This document shows positions 39,601-48,756 of a stretch of 64,000 bases of DNA, in pieces. A model generated the notes under the pieces. The model was given only the letters and a program-made list of their open reading frames with translations, ran no database searches and was not told where the DNA came from. Each line of letters opens with the position of its first letter. The stretch's first letter is position 1. Location: IMG/VR virus record IMGVR_UViG_3300020472_000017, positions 248-64,247 of that record; one strand, written 5' to 3'. The DNA comes from a virus. The position numbers and the translations under genes were made by a program.

Positions 39601-42600
39601 GAAACCCACCAATCGTAGCTATTACCAGCACTTAAGTTAAGTGAAGACTTTGCTCTATAATCCTTAAGACTTGCTTGTGATAGTACTTGTGTACCAACTA
39701 CTTTGAAACCTGCAGGGTGAGCAGCATACTTAAGTGGGTTCTTCCAATCATTAATATTAATGGATGAAGAGATATCATATGAGAATTCCTGATACCTATC
39801 ACTGTCATATAGTCTCTGTTCGTTAAGATCTAAGAAACCAGTGGTTCTTTCCCACTTAGTTGCAGAAATACTAATTGGTGAAACTTCAAATACAGCATCT
39901 GCTCTAGTGAATGTATGAATCTGACCAAATGCAGCAGTCTCTTCACCAAATACAGGTTCTCCAATCTTAAACTCACCTTCTACTATCTCTACACTAACAA
40001 CACGTCCAGAAGCATCCCAATTCTTAACATAACCATATGCAGTATATGAAGTACTAGATGCACCCTGATAAATCCTTTCTCCAACAGAGAAAGTAGCAGG
40101 CTTCATGTATGCAGTGATGTTATCGCCAAGATCAGTAGTTTCTAATGTAAAGTATGTCTGTCCTGTTAGTTGATCACCCACTGGATTACCAGTAAATGCT
40201 ATAAAGGTTCCAAGATTAGCATTTGCAAGACTAGATGCAAGTTGAATTTGATTATCTGCTAATGCAGTATTCTTTTCTCTAGATATCGCATAATAGGTTG
40301 TGTCAACAACTAATGGTGTTGGGAATTGTCCTGTAATCTCTTTAAGAGTTACTTCTGTACCATTTGGGATTTTTGTATTATATGGGAAGTTTAATGTACT
40401 ACTTGACTTTAATCCAACCCAAGTATGAGTTACCTTAGCTTTTACAGTAGGTGCAGATAAGAAACCTCTACCAGCCTTAATTACCTCTATTGACTGTATA
40501 ACCTCATTTTCCAATAATGCCTTCAATTCATAGAGTGATCCACTTCCACCTTCAAGAACAACCTCAGGTGTAGAAACAAAGTTAGCTCCACCATTAATAA
40601 CATCAAAATAGTCAATAACTTGAGTTCTTGTTAATTGTAAGTTATATGTTGTGTTTAACTCTGGTTTTAGGGTTCTATCGTGAGAATAGTTAAATGTGAT
40701 ATTATCTCCACCGATTTTCAGTATTTTGCCCAAATCGGAAGATTTAAGTAGTATAGAAGCTCCAGAACCTGTTTTTTGCGTAATATTGACTACAGGAGCA
40801 CTTTGGAACTGTATTCCAGCATTTTCGATGTTAATCTGGTTTACACCTTCATTTAAGATGGTTGAATTGAATTTTGAGTTAATTCCATTACCACCACTAA
40901 CAGTAATGTTTGGTGATGACAAATAACCAGATCCAGTGTTTGTAACTGTAATTGTATCAACAGAAGCGTCTAATAACGTCGAAATAGTTGCTGGATCAGC
41001 ATGTGCCAATGTAGTAACTGTAATAGTGAAATCTTCATTTCCAGCACCACCAGGAAGCTTTGTACCATCAAAAGTGATTACATCACCTAATGAGTATCCA
41101 GTACCGCCAGTTGTGCAAGTAACCGTTGCAATTGCACCATTACCATCTGTAACAACTGTAAATTCAGCATTTACTCCATTAACGGGAGCAACACTTGTTT
41201 GAGTTACTCCAGTAGTTGTTGTATCTGGAGTAAAGGCATTTGCAACAGATTCATTGATAGATCCGACTGTATCGACTGATCCATAGTAAGGATCATCAAA
41301 TATGATGGCTGGAGCAGCTCTATAGTTAGATCCAGGGTTAGTAACAGTAACACCAGTAAGTTGACCACCACCAGAAACAGCAGTAGCAACAATAGCTTGA
41401 ACTCCACTTATTGCAGTAATTGAAGCTTGTGAATCAGCACTGTATACATTGTTAGTAGCAGCAGTGCCAGTACTGAACATGATGTAACCTTTATTACCAG
41501 CACCAACTCTTTCGTTCTTGAGAGGTTTAACTCTTAATACTGAAGTAATTACATTCCAAGAGATGACTTGACCTCTAGCAGTTTGATTTCCTTGAGTTTC
41601 TTGTGAAATAATGACTTCATCCTTAATAAAGGCTCCAAGTACACCTGTAAGTGTTAAATCAACAAAATCAGGTAATGTTACAACTCCAGTTGGTAAAGAT
41701 GACTGATTATATCCAGATCCATCATTCGTAATGGAAACATTGGATAAAGTACCAGAAATAGTAGCAACTGCGGTTGCACCAGATCCAGATCTAGTGGATC
41801 CAGTCAATTTTGGAAGAGATGAGTAATTTCTTCCAGTATCACCGATAGAGATGGTTGCAATACCACCCTCAGGGTAAATTGAGTTTGTAGTGTAGCTGAT
41901 ACCCGTACTATACCCAATTTCAGGTTCTAGAACAGTTATGTACTTATATGTCTTATCTGTCTTCTCACTAACGGTCTGTGTCCCTACAACAGGGTCATTC
42001 ATAGCTGTAAAGTAACTTCCAGTTACAGTTCCTTCAATATCGAAATAATAGAAGATACCAGGAAGATCTTTAACGTAAATTGTAATAGAATCCTGATCTC
42101 CTGTAATTGGATCTTTTACTTCATCAGAAATATTCTTATAAGTGAAAATATCGGTATTTGCAGGATCTAACGTGAATGCAAGTGTTTTTCCAATATTACT
42201 TGTATCTGAAGTGTCGAACTTGTACTTATGACCCAAAATAAGTTGTAATTTGGGTTCTTTCACATAAACTTCAGCAGAAGCTGTATTAGCGGCTGCAATA
42301 GACGCAAAATTGCGTTTTACGGTAAATCTACGATTACTTTCAGTTCTAACAACTGAATAATCTGTTTTATTGTATCCAGCAGGAGAAACTCCCGAAATAT
42401 TAACAATATCGCCAATTCCAACCTGATGTGCAAGGCTTGAATGGATTTGAGCTTCAATTTCAACTTCAGTTAATGTAATAGTGAATCCTGATCCTGCAGG
42501 ACTTAATGCATTACCTAGATTGACATTAGCAGCAGTAATAGTGTCACCGACATCATAAGAGGTTCCTACACTTGTAATAGTCACTGAAGTAACTGCATTA

Positions 42601-45600
42601 CCAGAAACAACAATAGTTGCCTTACCACCAGTACCAGAGCCGTTACTTGTTAGGGGAACTTGCTCATAAGTGCCATTTGCGTAATTACTTCCTCCAGTAA
42701 TACTTGACCAACCACCTTGGTATAAATTACCGTCTGTACGCTTTCTAATATAGGTCCAATTCATTGAACCATCAGTTACAGTACCAGATTCATGAGTTGG
42801 AGCTGAAGAACTAGAAGTTCCACTTGCAGCTGCCTTATAAACCCTATCTTGAGTGAAAATAAGGTCTCCTTGAGTATATGCAGTAGTATTAGCGTATTCT
42901 GTCAACAACTTCATTGTTGAAGCATTGAAATACTTAAAGTGATACTTTGAACCAATGATCTTTGTATCAATTACTCTAGTATAAAGATTATCAGTCAAAC
43001 TAACAGTAACATTCTCTCCAACTTGCAAATAGTGATTTTCTAGAGTGGTTATTGTTGTTGTACAGATGTCATCAGTGGCACCTACAGCATTTGCAAGAGT
43101 ACTGACTGTTCCACCAGCAACAGCTGATACAATAGCACTAATTCCTTCTCCACCAGTGTCTGTATTATCAAATGTTAGTCTATCATTGACTTTATACTCT
43201 TTACCGCCACCTTCAACTAGATATTGGTCAACTCCAGAGGAAGAATACTTATTAGTCGCGGAAACAACCAATGAATCCGCAGTACCACCTCTAATAACTG
43301 GATAATAACTGAAATACCCAATTCCATCTTCAAGGTAGCTTAATACTTCACCAGTTTCCATCACAATCAATGTTGTGGTGTCTTCAAGTGCTAAGAAGAA
43401 GTCAATCTTGTTGTCAAGCTTCTTTCTCTTTGCTACAATGTTATCAACACCGATAAATGGTGCTTTATAGCGAATTGCGTCTTCTGTAAAGTTTTTCTGC
43501 AGACCATTTCCATTCCAGTTAACAGCATCCGCTTCTGAGTAGAAATTTGGTCCTATAAAGTACGGGAATTTGGGTTCTCCAGCAGAACCCTTAATTGTAG
43601 CGAAATATGCATAAACTCCATTTGGATATTCTGGAGTAACGCAGAAACGACCGTTATATTGGTCTAAATCACCATATCCTTCTCTATATTCATAATCTTC
43701 AATATAAGTGCCCATAGGGTCTGTCAGACCGTTTAGAAGAGCATCTCTAGATGACTTAACAAGGTAACTAGAGACCATCAACTTAAATGAATTATAAGGA
43801 GTGGTATTTTCAGGATCCTCAAATCCATATGGTCCATAAATTGGATGTCCATCATAAGCCCAACCAATAATAGGAGAGTGTGAGGTTGGATTTAATTCTT
43901 GTAGGGTGTCATCAATATTATCTCTTAAGAGGAACCTAAGTTGCTTAGGGTTATACAGATATCCATATTCTCCGTCATATATCAAGTAGTTTTCTCCTTG
44001 GAAAACTCCACCACCTGCAGTATCAGTAGTTTTACGTGCTACGAAAGTATTTGAACCCAATTCTGCGCCAGTTGCTGCTTCGTTAAAGCTCAATTCCGTT
44101 AACTTAGTTTGGAATGAAGCTCCTGTACCTGGATATACAATACTAATCGATGTATTACCTGCGCTATATCCCGCGCCCTTGTTTGTTACAATAATACCAG
44201 TAACAATATTGGTAGCAAGGTCTACTTGAGCAAATGCAGTAGCACCAACTCCATCTCCAGTAATAACAACGTCTGGAGCACCATAATACCCACTACCACC
44301 GAATGTTACGATAACACTTTCGATCTTTCCGTTTAAAATGGAAGGATACGCAACAGCACCACTACCAGAGATTAACTTAATAGTGGGTTCGTAAGTATAT
44401 TGAGTTCCAGCATTAGTGATATTGATAGTATTGATTGGTCCTCGACAAATAGAGGTAGCAGTAGCACCTGTGCCATTTCCTCCACTTATAGAAACACTAG
44501 GAACACTAGTATAACCAGTACCTCCATTAGTTACAGTAATTCCAGTAACAATACCTGATGTGATCTGAGCAGTAGCAGTTGCCTGATTGTCATTACCAGC
44601 TCCACCACCAGTAATCGATATAATTGGTTCTGTTGTATACCCACTACCACCATTAGTAACGTTAATAGCAATTACTGAACCTAAAACGGAAACTGTTGCC
44701 GCGGCTGGTGTACCTTCATACTCCCAAGTGATAGCACCTATAGTTGCAGTCCCAGTAGTATGTGTTGGGTAAGCAGTATTTGATGAAAGACCACTATCAA
44801 TAGCTCTATACCTATTACCATTATATTTTACTCTAACACCTGAAGAATAAACTGTATTGAGCTTATAATCTTCTTCAAACTCTACTGTAGGTGGGTTTGT
44901 GATATCATATCCATCTCCACCCGCATTTTTATCAATAGCTTTCAATCCACCAAACTTCTTCTTGGTTTCTCCCTTATATGAGAATATTGGAACACCATTT
45001 GAACCAATACCAATTTGACCAACTGGAGTAGCTGTTTTTGTACTTTTAGTAGATGGTGTAAGAGGTATTCTCTTAAGATATCTCTGGTTACCAGGAGTTA
45101 GGTCACCAACAGCAAATGGACCTATTTTATGCGATGGTACACCTGTACTAGCGACAATAGCATCTTTAGATGATTTGTAGGTATTCTGAACGTCTGCAGT
45201 ATAATCCTTGATTGAATTGTTAATAGAAGCGTAATCACTGACACCATATGCAAATTCTCTAGAAATAAAGAATTCAAATCCACTAATACCTTGAGCTGGT
45301 GTAGATGAGAATAAAAATTCAAATTCCGTATCAGAAACAATACCAACAACATCATGAAGATTATTGTAGATGTCTTCTGGAGCATTTAGAACTCTAATGA
45401 CATCATCTCGCTTCAAACGATGCTTTTCTTTAGTCTTAACGGTACAACGAACACTTCCATTAGGATTAACAGTTCCTAGGGTCGCAGATTCGCCTCTGAG
45501 TGCCCTTCTGACGTTATATTGGAAAGTTTCCCATATTGGGTCAATACTATCAAATCCTGGTGCTATAGGGGTCGTAACCTTACTGTTGGGAAGGTAATAC

Positions 45601-46895
45601 TGACCGCCATCAGTCAATACAACACCTCTAGTGCCTCCATAGACCTTTAATTGGATTTCCGAGTTGTCTACATTGGAATATCCGTAAATCTTGAATGCAG
45701 CAAATACTTCTTGACCTGCATCATGAGCTACATTAGTTGTACCCTCTCTTGCACGAGTACATCCTAAAAACTGGCTGACAGTTTTATCAGAATATGTTAT
45801 AATTTCATCTTCTATCCTAAAACGACCATTTATTTCTGGCCAACCAAGAGTAGAATCAACAGTAACAATTTGATCGGATATATTAGCTCCAAGATCAGCT
45901 GAAAGGACTGATTTGTATGGAGTTACAAATGCTCCTAGTGAATTATTAGTATCTACGTCAATTTCAAAGATTGAACCGCTAGAAGTGAAAACTTCAACAA
46001 CGCCTTTTACGTAAATTCGCGCAGCTGCAACATTTGGATCATTTGTATCATTTTCTTGATACAGAACTTGACCAACTAACGCACCTGGGTCTCCAGTAAC
46101 CGCAACAGCACGAATAACTTCCCTAGAAGTGTAATATGCGTCTGATGGCTTGAAAATACGATCTCTAGGATAGTTAATTTCCGAATCTACGCCAAAAAGC
46201 GTCCTTAAGACGAATTGGAAAGACCTTGTAGACCCTTTAGAGGCATAAAAGTCCTTAATTCTCTTAATTACGGTTGATTCAGTAACTCCATCCGCAAAAT
46301 TCTTTGGAAATGTCGATAAAAACTGTTCTTTGAACTTTCCGAGTATATAAAGCGGAAAAATATTGTTTAAATTGGTAACTTTTGCTCCAAGAGCATGAGA
46401 TGCAGCTACAGTTTCTTCAAATTTGTAATCTGCCTCTTCACCAATTGTTTTTATGGCGTTAAAACCTCTCGCACAGTCCTGAAAAAGCGTAGATCCTTTC
46501 TGTTGGTAGTAAATGATCTCATCACCAACTAAAAGTAGCCCTTCAGATGGGAAATCCCGCGTACTTTCAACGTCAACAGTTGTAGAAGATGTACTTAACG
46601 CGGAAATAAGTTTTGTTTCAGTAACTAATCCACCATAATTATCAATATTGTAGTAATCACCCCAGTTTTGGATAATATCGAAGCAATATCCTTTTAATTC
46701 TTGTGACTTATAGTATGACTTAACAAACGAAATGAAGGTAGGATAATTTTCCTGTATAAACGAAGCAAACTGTCCCGCAATATTGTGGGAAATCTGCGAT
46801 TTAGATTCAGGACTGACCTCTGACGGTACTGGTGTAGTTGTAACCGTAGTGGTCGGTGTAGTCCACGAACTAACCTTCCAGGAAGAATTTGTCAT
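30642..46895 (-). CDS. gp7: Giant baseplate wedge initiator gp7-like protein, 5417 aa
   Basis: N-terminal QFASFIQENYP.FISFVKSYY...IKDFYASKGSTRSFQFVLRTLF motifs; ERTTGFL...YQEFSYDI...HPAGFKVVG motif; position between gp6 and gp8. Carries a YHYH-like domain, two CBM-like modules, GxGY repeats and 16 YPR modules. Confidence 0.85.
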   Translation of the reverse strand: MTNSSWKVSSWTTPTTTVTTTPVPSEVSPESKSQISHNIAGQFASFIQENYPTFISFVKSYYKSQELKGYCFDIIQNWGDYYNIDNYGGLVTETKLISALSTSSTTVDVESTRDFPSEGLLLVGDEIIYYQQKGSTLFQDCARGFNAIKTIGEEADYKFEETVAASHALGAKVTNLNNIFPLYILGKFKEQFLSTFPKNFADGVTESTVIKRIKDFYASKGSTRSFQFVLRTLFGVDSEINYPRDRIFKPSDAYYTSREVIRAVAVTGDPGALVGQVLYQENDTNDPNVAAARIYVKGVVEVFTSSGSIFEIDVDTNNSLGAFVTPYKSVLSADLGANISDQIVTVDSTLGWPEINGRFRIEDEIITYSDKTVSQFLGCTRAREGTTNVAHDAGQEVFAAFKIYGYSNVDNSEIQLKVYGGTRGVVLTDGGQYYLPNSKVTTPIAPGFDSIDPIWETFQYNVRRALRGESATLGTVNPNGSVRCTVKTKEKHRLKRDDVIRVLNAPEDIYNNLHDVVGIVSDTEFEFLFSSTPAQGISGFEFFISREFAYGVSDYASINNSIKDYTADVQNTYKSSKDAIVASTGVPSHKIGPFAVGDLTPGNQRYLKRIPLTPSTKSTKTATPVGQIGIGSNGVPIFSYKGETKKKFGGLKAIDKNAGGDGYDITNPPTVEFEEDYKLNTVYSSGVRVKYNGNRYRAIDSGLSSNTAYPTHTTGTATIGAITWEYEGTPAAATVSVLGSVIAINVTNGGSGYTTEPIISITGGGAGNDNQATATAQITSGIVTGITVTNGGTGYTSVPSVSISGGNGTGATATSICRGPINTINITNAGTQYTYEPTIKLISGSGAVAYPSILNGKIESVIVTFGGSGYYGAPDVVITGDGVGATAFAQVDLATNIVTGIIVTNKGAGYSAGNTSISIVYPGTGASFQTKLTELSFNEAATGAELGSNTFVARKTTDTAGGGVFQGENYLIYDGEYGYLYNPKQLRFLLRDNIDDTLQELNPTSHSPIIGWAYDGHPIYGPYGFEDPENTTPYNSFKLMVSSYLVKSSRDALLNGLTDPMGTYIEDYEYREGYGDLDQYNGRFCVTPEYPNGVYAYFATIKGSAGEPKFPYFIGPNFYSEADAVNWNGNGLQKNFTEDAIRYKAPFIGVDNIVAKRKKLDNKIDFFLALEDTTTLIVMETGEVLSYLEDGIGYFSYYPVIRGGTADSLVVSATNKYSSSGVDQYLVEGGGKEYKVNDRLTFDNTDTGGEGISAIVSAVAGGTVSTLANAVGATDDICTTTITTLENHYLQVGENVTVSLTDNLYTRVIDTKIIGSKYHFKYFNASTMKLLTEYANTTAYTQGDLIFTQDRVYKAAASGTSSSSAPTHESGTVTDGSMNWTYIRKRTDGNLYQGGWSSITGGSNYANGTYEQVPLTSNGSGTGGKATIVVSGNAVTSVTITSVGTSYDVGDTITAANVNLGNALSPAGSGFTITLTEVEIEAQIHSSLAHQVGIGDIVNISGVSPAGYNKTDYSVVRTESNRRFTVKRNFASIAAANTASAEVYVKEPKLQLILGHKYKFDTSDTSNIGKTLAFTLDPANTDIFTYKNISDEVKDPITGDQDSITIYVKDLPGIFYYFDIEGTVTGSYFTAMNDPVVGTQTVSEKTDKTYKYITVLEPEIGYSTGISYTTNSIYPEGGIATISIGDTGRNYSSLPKLTGSTRSGSGATAVATISGTLSNVSITNDGSGYNQSSLPTGVVTLPDFVDLTLTGVLGAFIKDEVIISQETQGNQTARGQVISWNVITSVLRVKPLKNERVGAGNKGYIMFSTGTAATNNVYSADSQASITAISGVQAIVATAVSGGGQLTGVTVTNPGSNYRAAPAIIFDDPYYGSVDTVGSINESVANAFTPDTTTTGVTQTSVAPVNGVNAEFTVVTDGNGAIATVTCTTGGTGYSLGDVITFDGTKLPGGAGNEDFTITVTTLAHADPATISTLLDASVDTITVTNTGSGYLSSPNITVSGGNGINSKFNSTILNEGVNQINIENAGIQFQSAPVVNITQKTGSGASILLKSSDLGKILKIGGDNITFNYSHDRTLKPELNTTYNLQLTRTQVIDYFDVINGGANFVSTPEVVLEGGSGSLYELKALLENEVIQSIEVIKAGRGFLSAPTVKAKVTHTWVGLKSSSTLNFPYNTKIPNGTEVTLKEITGQFPTPLVVDTTYYAISREKNTALADNQIQLASSLANANLGTFIAFTGNPVGDQLTGQTYFTLETTDLGDNITAYMKPATFSVGERIYQGASSTSYTAYGYVKNWDASGRVVSVEIVEGEFKIGEPVFGEETAAFGQIHTFTRADAVFEVSPISISATKWERTTGFLDLNEQRLYDSDRYQEFSYDISSSININDWKNPLKYAAHPAGFKVVGTQVLSQASLKDYRAKSSLNLSAGNSYDWWVSGTNSLGTTFNGTTYVIPKPSAKATGKLSQIQNFALGKADYTAAVPTEVQVYGRQLLDIQKILSCISYKIDDVSDKSITFDGSSSSIVSTANNQITLTNHGLVDNQRMVYNAGGDRFQDARDLIISNIDYIIEETIGSLNASYPSLTYNSTTCARDIRLVLAAWANDLRYGGNWFTLDATNAYVGGVVSLSNAHIDAANLIKDNMKFIAEEAVYLMLLDPTVGVPSGYPGIPGHNDNCIDDLVDAMEAIAYNLRYGGNSETWDAGNFYVDGVYSNPAPVDGEETQAIWCFNKCKELAAKVIINEAITVQGNHGLTQVTNTSPTYIAATCASVSSAMDTLFDIITTALSSNSLASVTRTNPSNYLKHVVGEETETIFAFNKARDLCNLAVVNNLPIGTYTTLAPIKDLSITAPSDGCATVTSAITTLAKIIADGIDNPSTLPNPDVGNYPQVRTGTAIGGLTNAGGYYVKVVDANTIEVREIPGGPAIGISAIGSGVGHTLRVSVDGTNTQFRMRSDGTGLTTKLGKTPDKDQLFVIANGIVQNPANYTFANDILTFNSPLLSGTTILVMYYDRASYTSSFQLDQIGDEIKTFDVANGLTGGYGYTDGTYTGVPLKNRLGSGSGATADITVSGQKVTNVVLSQAGNGYTQDDVLGLSEVGSSLTNNYAPSAAAYAPSTGVLEMTIGSHTLLAPTDHTATAATYDPWTGIMVVTIANHGFQNGEKVKFDDSAIVFTCTQGGGTHAYPRATDPVSSKWIPIFDVSANTFSVQVLDTVPSTNTTVHTFSSAVTDAIKHARSYIRIANNALIFSCTEAAGNHTYPRSTDPHGNLSDIPVDAVTGTTITVNALNGTAATNTTTHTFQGLSTYQFQPTSVVYTAATGEMMITAAAHGMDNGDRIKFTDNSLTFTCSKDNNATNHTYPRSSDPAAGAFLTIYSVTTDSFKVNVGTGIRQEYTPTASTYNAATGDLSLTIGAHPLLAPTTLSPTSAAYVPATGVMTLTLNGHTLKSGDRVKIADGAVKLTCLMDGNTSVKSYPRTTDPFSGKFVEVFNVQANTFDVQIGASLVVNHDVTNATYNPTTGDLALTIKDHGLVTGESIKIAANSLTFRCNYQGDNYSTDKTYPRASGSAAAGGADYAYDTAIAITATTTDTITVNVNGGQGATTDITPHTWNGGTASNAVQSGGNYTHSFSSIDADCLTVAQDTITIDENGLIFTCEMDKRATQHTYPRKSDPAYKSALAVSAITSDSITVNVGKTPLKTYTPSNALYEPTTGVMELVIGAHNLSAGQSIKLSDGAVSFSCDKNNHQTVTSYPRTSTEGFEVTGVDYNPNNGVMTITSPAHGFVNNDWIKIKEKSLTMTCNLDGNTAKKQYPRSTDYAYDRWLKISNVQTNAFDVTVLDDIPSTNTDPHSFVSNSKLSPHFADYDPTTGVMTIQNERFNVSSATYDGNSGDLVLQIGTHTLTTLDTIRLDANSLSFSCEYNSQTQTKTYPRATGANTGNGADYLYNVDIAITAVTSNTITVNANGGQGAISHAVTHTFQNATTGCVQVGHGLVNGDHIRVADEAFSFSCTQGLGTHKYPRASQDTFTAAIPTNSYDVTTGTFDAATGLAELTCGSHAFTAPSTHQATAGTYIPSTGVMTLTVAGHGWDDGDLIKIDDNALNFTCDRGAGSHLYVSGTVTNAFTDNTSTQHNITSASYNPVNGTLNLTTSAAHNLTTSNTITIAANSIGFTCTKDSHQTAHYYPRTTDPAYNTALAITANTADTLSVNVGVSSGTNTYPRATDPVSGKWIQIFNTTTDTFDVQVLDKIPATTNDTHTFVSCTATGISRASSVARVAPNSLKFTCAMDGNTATKSYPRATDPYFGKDMAVTAVTGTTATIFVGKSPIVNYTATDGTYDPAGGSLELEIGAHDFFVGETVKFTANSLTFQCAKDNYGTDHTYPRSSDPAYDTAVTITAVSDTTITLNVGVSPDQSLHRWKPGSVGTNAIISGGAYAHTWTGGTASAALMRGGSHYYPETGILKIETTTNHGMSNGDWIKFNDSAITLECTQGAGQHSYPRSTDPVSGKWLKIFNKRLNSFEVKVLDTVPSTNVTTHKVVAAAANGIVHKDPISGNAIPVSNVTYNTFDIQVLTKAPSTNTTVHTFVGAVTDSITILPIKKKVDPFYDASLEITSTTSDSIFVDVLNTAQSTSTYKHKFHSALANSVIAGGNYTHKFITSNAGAIKAGDRHAFVSATATAVERAIVSTGVYAYDKLADAGSLIRTNLGFIATTAYGRMKVNNPSFTVPSYAKCIRDTKLIVDAVADNVEFGGNDATYDAAVYYVGTVHVEGEEGETVEVFNHARDICREVMRNIVVTTNTFTQGTQVRDLTITNDSGNTVYDTNDCQDVASTITTLFNIVTTAVGSGAHIYNGGTSSNAITITAGSVQKDVTAATYSPDTGILEMTIGAHSFTTSDTVTIGADKLSFTCSLDSNATSHTYPRTTDPVYNTAIPITAVTGTTITCNVGSTGNLNSVTRTASGAPDFQIKVGTVNFDGTDTTFTAQVDGSTQTLPASDNFLLFLNSTLQVKGSTDSYTYTGSTITFNEAPIPGMDFYGFYFGKMSLIDDLAPYFDNAKLTFTMKQDNEPISLESDNAAVIASNNLVIFLNGVFQEPGVAYDLRGSIIEFSEAPRAGSQCTAFIFTGSSDDVLVSKTFNSIDPGDRLQVASEGTDRLIATVSSSTSIDSYEYTGLRPTPAEFNATLVNGKITQVAITSPGSNYENPPILLFQGGGGEGAFAETTIEAGSGKVLSVINLQGGNNYTTVPTVLPTHPLHIERKQRNRLISDSNMLANAYLTTTVTAVGTTLNLTNVWYDVSQKNGFPDEGEVLIPFYSSANSVWTVERILYGAKNTSGNTLTVATGGRGYGGTTAHAHTILTGTYTSSGTTCTVTTASAHNLVTGMEFYLDHTTGDGFDGTYKVTVTNTTTFTVQYPFSRTTSGNVSLLPEVRLRSL
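32890..37626 (-). repeat. Nested array of 15 ~100-aa YPRxxDP modules inside gp7 (16th copy at ~32110-32400)
   Basis: Recurrent consensus YxPxTG-x(8-10)-H...F(T/S)C...YPRxxDP...NVG/VL...HT(F/W/Y); counted in the supplied translation. Confidence 0.9.
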
Positions 46896-46902
46896 CTGTT
46901 AA

Positions 46903-48756
46903 CTAACTATAGCTTGACTCTGGTACAACTCCCGTACCAGAAAGGTTTGAACCGCTACTGATAGTGTCTTCTACAACACTTACAGTCGTATTATCTATAC
47001 CCAATGTGAGATAGGTTTCTCGCAATGATACTAAATCATTAGATTCAGGAATTCCAGAGATCTGTAATAGATTACCTGCAACCCTTGTTGATGTAATAAT
47101 CAAATCATTAATGACAATTTCACCCATACTATAGTCAACAGTGCCCCATAGACCATCAACATATTCTTTTTCACCAGTTCCTTTGATGTAATAGAGACGC
47201 AATAGACCTGCACCATCATCATTTATGTAATAAGTATTAAATGCATCACCACTAATCTTAAATCCACTGGTAGAAACAGTAGGATCTGTAGTAGTTCCTT
47301 GCTTAATCCTATTACCATAACAGATTTTATAGTTCACACGAGCATTTAAATCGACTGTTACGTTCTTTCTCATCTTGAGACGAGTGATATTAGAGGTAAT
47401 TGATGTTTCTGAGTTGTCAATTACACCCTGAAGCCTGGAGTATTTGAATTTTCCACCAAATTTATTAAACTCTCCACTGACATTCAGTTGAGTTAGTGAT
47501 ATAATCACTAAATTCTTAACTTCTGAAGGTTCACGACGAGTAACATTTGGGTTAAAGTAGACAAAAGTGTCCAAATCAATGTATAATATAGATGGGTCAA
47601 TGATTGAAGGTTGAATTGCCGCTACAGAGTAGTCTCTAAGCTTCTTAAGAATGACATTTTTCTCCGAAAGTGATAATCTATCAGCATTTTTTGGTTTAAT
47701 TGCCAAAAATACCTTACCATATTCAGGTGGAGACGCTTCTTCACCACCATAACAAGCAATTGAAGATACATTTGGGTAAATTTGTGGAATAATTGCTTCA
47801 TAATCACGGGTTGAGACTGCTCTACCGAAGGCAGAATAGAATTTTGGTGCTGCAAACTTGATAGATTCAGTAGTTTCCGCTAATGAACCTCCATCTGGAT
47901 CACTTGTAGTAGTAACTGTAATGCCAGAAGTGATAGAATTGCCTGTATTATCTCTAAAGTTACCAATATTTTCAAATACTTTCAATCCATTAGCTCCAGT
48001 TCCACTAGAAGTGGTATACTGAACCTCAACAACATCACCATTTGTAAGATCCTTACCCATTATTCCATCACCAAAGAGGATTTCTGGGATCTCTTGCTCA
48101 GATTCTTCTAAAAAGAAGACCTTTGAAGTGGAATCTATCTTAGTAATATCAGTTGCTTGTAAATAACGCTCTGTAACAGTACCTGAAGTTACCTCAACAC
48201 GCATACTAGATGTATCTGCAGTTCCATTTGTAAGAATGAAACGCTGCCTTTGGTTAGTATCCCGCACAAAAGTGTCTGTAAGGAACACTCCTTCATACAA
48301 AACAACACCAGTAAAGGTTGCAATACCAGAAGTACTATCTACACTCTGTGTAGTATCGACTGGTAAAGAGAAAACAAAGTTATTATTATCTAATCCTGTG
48401 AAATTTAATACTAATCCTCTACCAATAGTAACTGTTTTGGGATATGGAACTACAGTTTGTACACTAATATTGACAGTTGTTTGTGCAGAACGAGCTGACT
48501 TGGGTGTATAACCAAGCATTCTTGCTAATTTTACAACATTTTCACGTAAAACAGCAGTTTCTAAGAAGCCTTCATTGACTGTAAGGTTGGCATTTACACT
48601 AGTATAGTAAGTATTATATGCTAACGTATCAAGAAGCACCGTCAAAGAAGATCCCTCGAAGTCATAATCGGAGAATTGTTCCTGAGCTCGAAGATAATCT
48701 TTTATTTGTGCCTTAATTTGGTTGAACTCTAAGGCGTTGACCTGATTGAATGCCAT
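46903..48756 (-). CDS. gp6: Baseplate wedge subunit gp6, 617 aa
   Basis: LEFNQIK...FSDYDFEGS...LAYNTYY...RENVVKLARMLGY...RAVSTRDYE motifs. Confidence 0.95.
   Translation of the reverse strand: MAFNQVNALEFNQIKAQIKDYLRAQEQFSDYDFEGSSLTVLLDTLAYNTYYTSVNANLTVNEGFLETAVLRENVVKLARMLGYTPKSARSAQTTVNISVQTVVPYPKTVTIGRGLVLNFTGLDNNNFVFSLPVDTTQSVDSTSGIATFTGVVLYEGVFLTDTFVRDTNQRQRFILTNGTADTSSMRVEVTSGTVTERYLQATDITKIDSTSKVFFLEESEQEIPEILFGDGIMGKDLTNGDVVEVQYTTSSGTGANGLKVFENIGNFRDNTGNSITSGITVTTTSDPDGGSLAETTESIKFAAPKFYSAFGRAVSTRDYEAIIPQIYPNVSSIACYGGEEASPPEYGKVFLAIKPKNADRLSLSEKNVILKKLRDYSVAAIQPSIIDPSILYIDLDTFVYFNPNVTRREPSEVKNLVIISLTQLNVSGEFNKFGGKFKYSRLQGVIDNSETSITSNITRLKMRKNVTVDLNARVNYKICYGNRIKQGTTTDPTVSTSGFKISGDAFNTYYINDDGAGLLRLYYIKGTGEKEYVDGLWGTVDYSMGEIVINDLIITSTRVAGNLLQISGIPESNDLVSLRETYLTLGIDNTTVSVVEDTISSGSNLSGTGVVPESSYS

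Noticed and set aside
1-46895. Inteins or introns as the cause of giant gene size
   Set aside because: No Hint or LAGLIDADG motifs and no frame interruptions seen; the extra length is explained by structural repeats.
357-48511. Dozens of 60-134-aa ORFs on the plus strand or in alternate minus frames within the structural cluster
   Set aside because: They lie wholly inside long, motif-bearing minus-strand genes, have low-complexity shadow composition and lack their own promoters.
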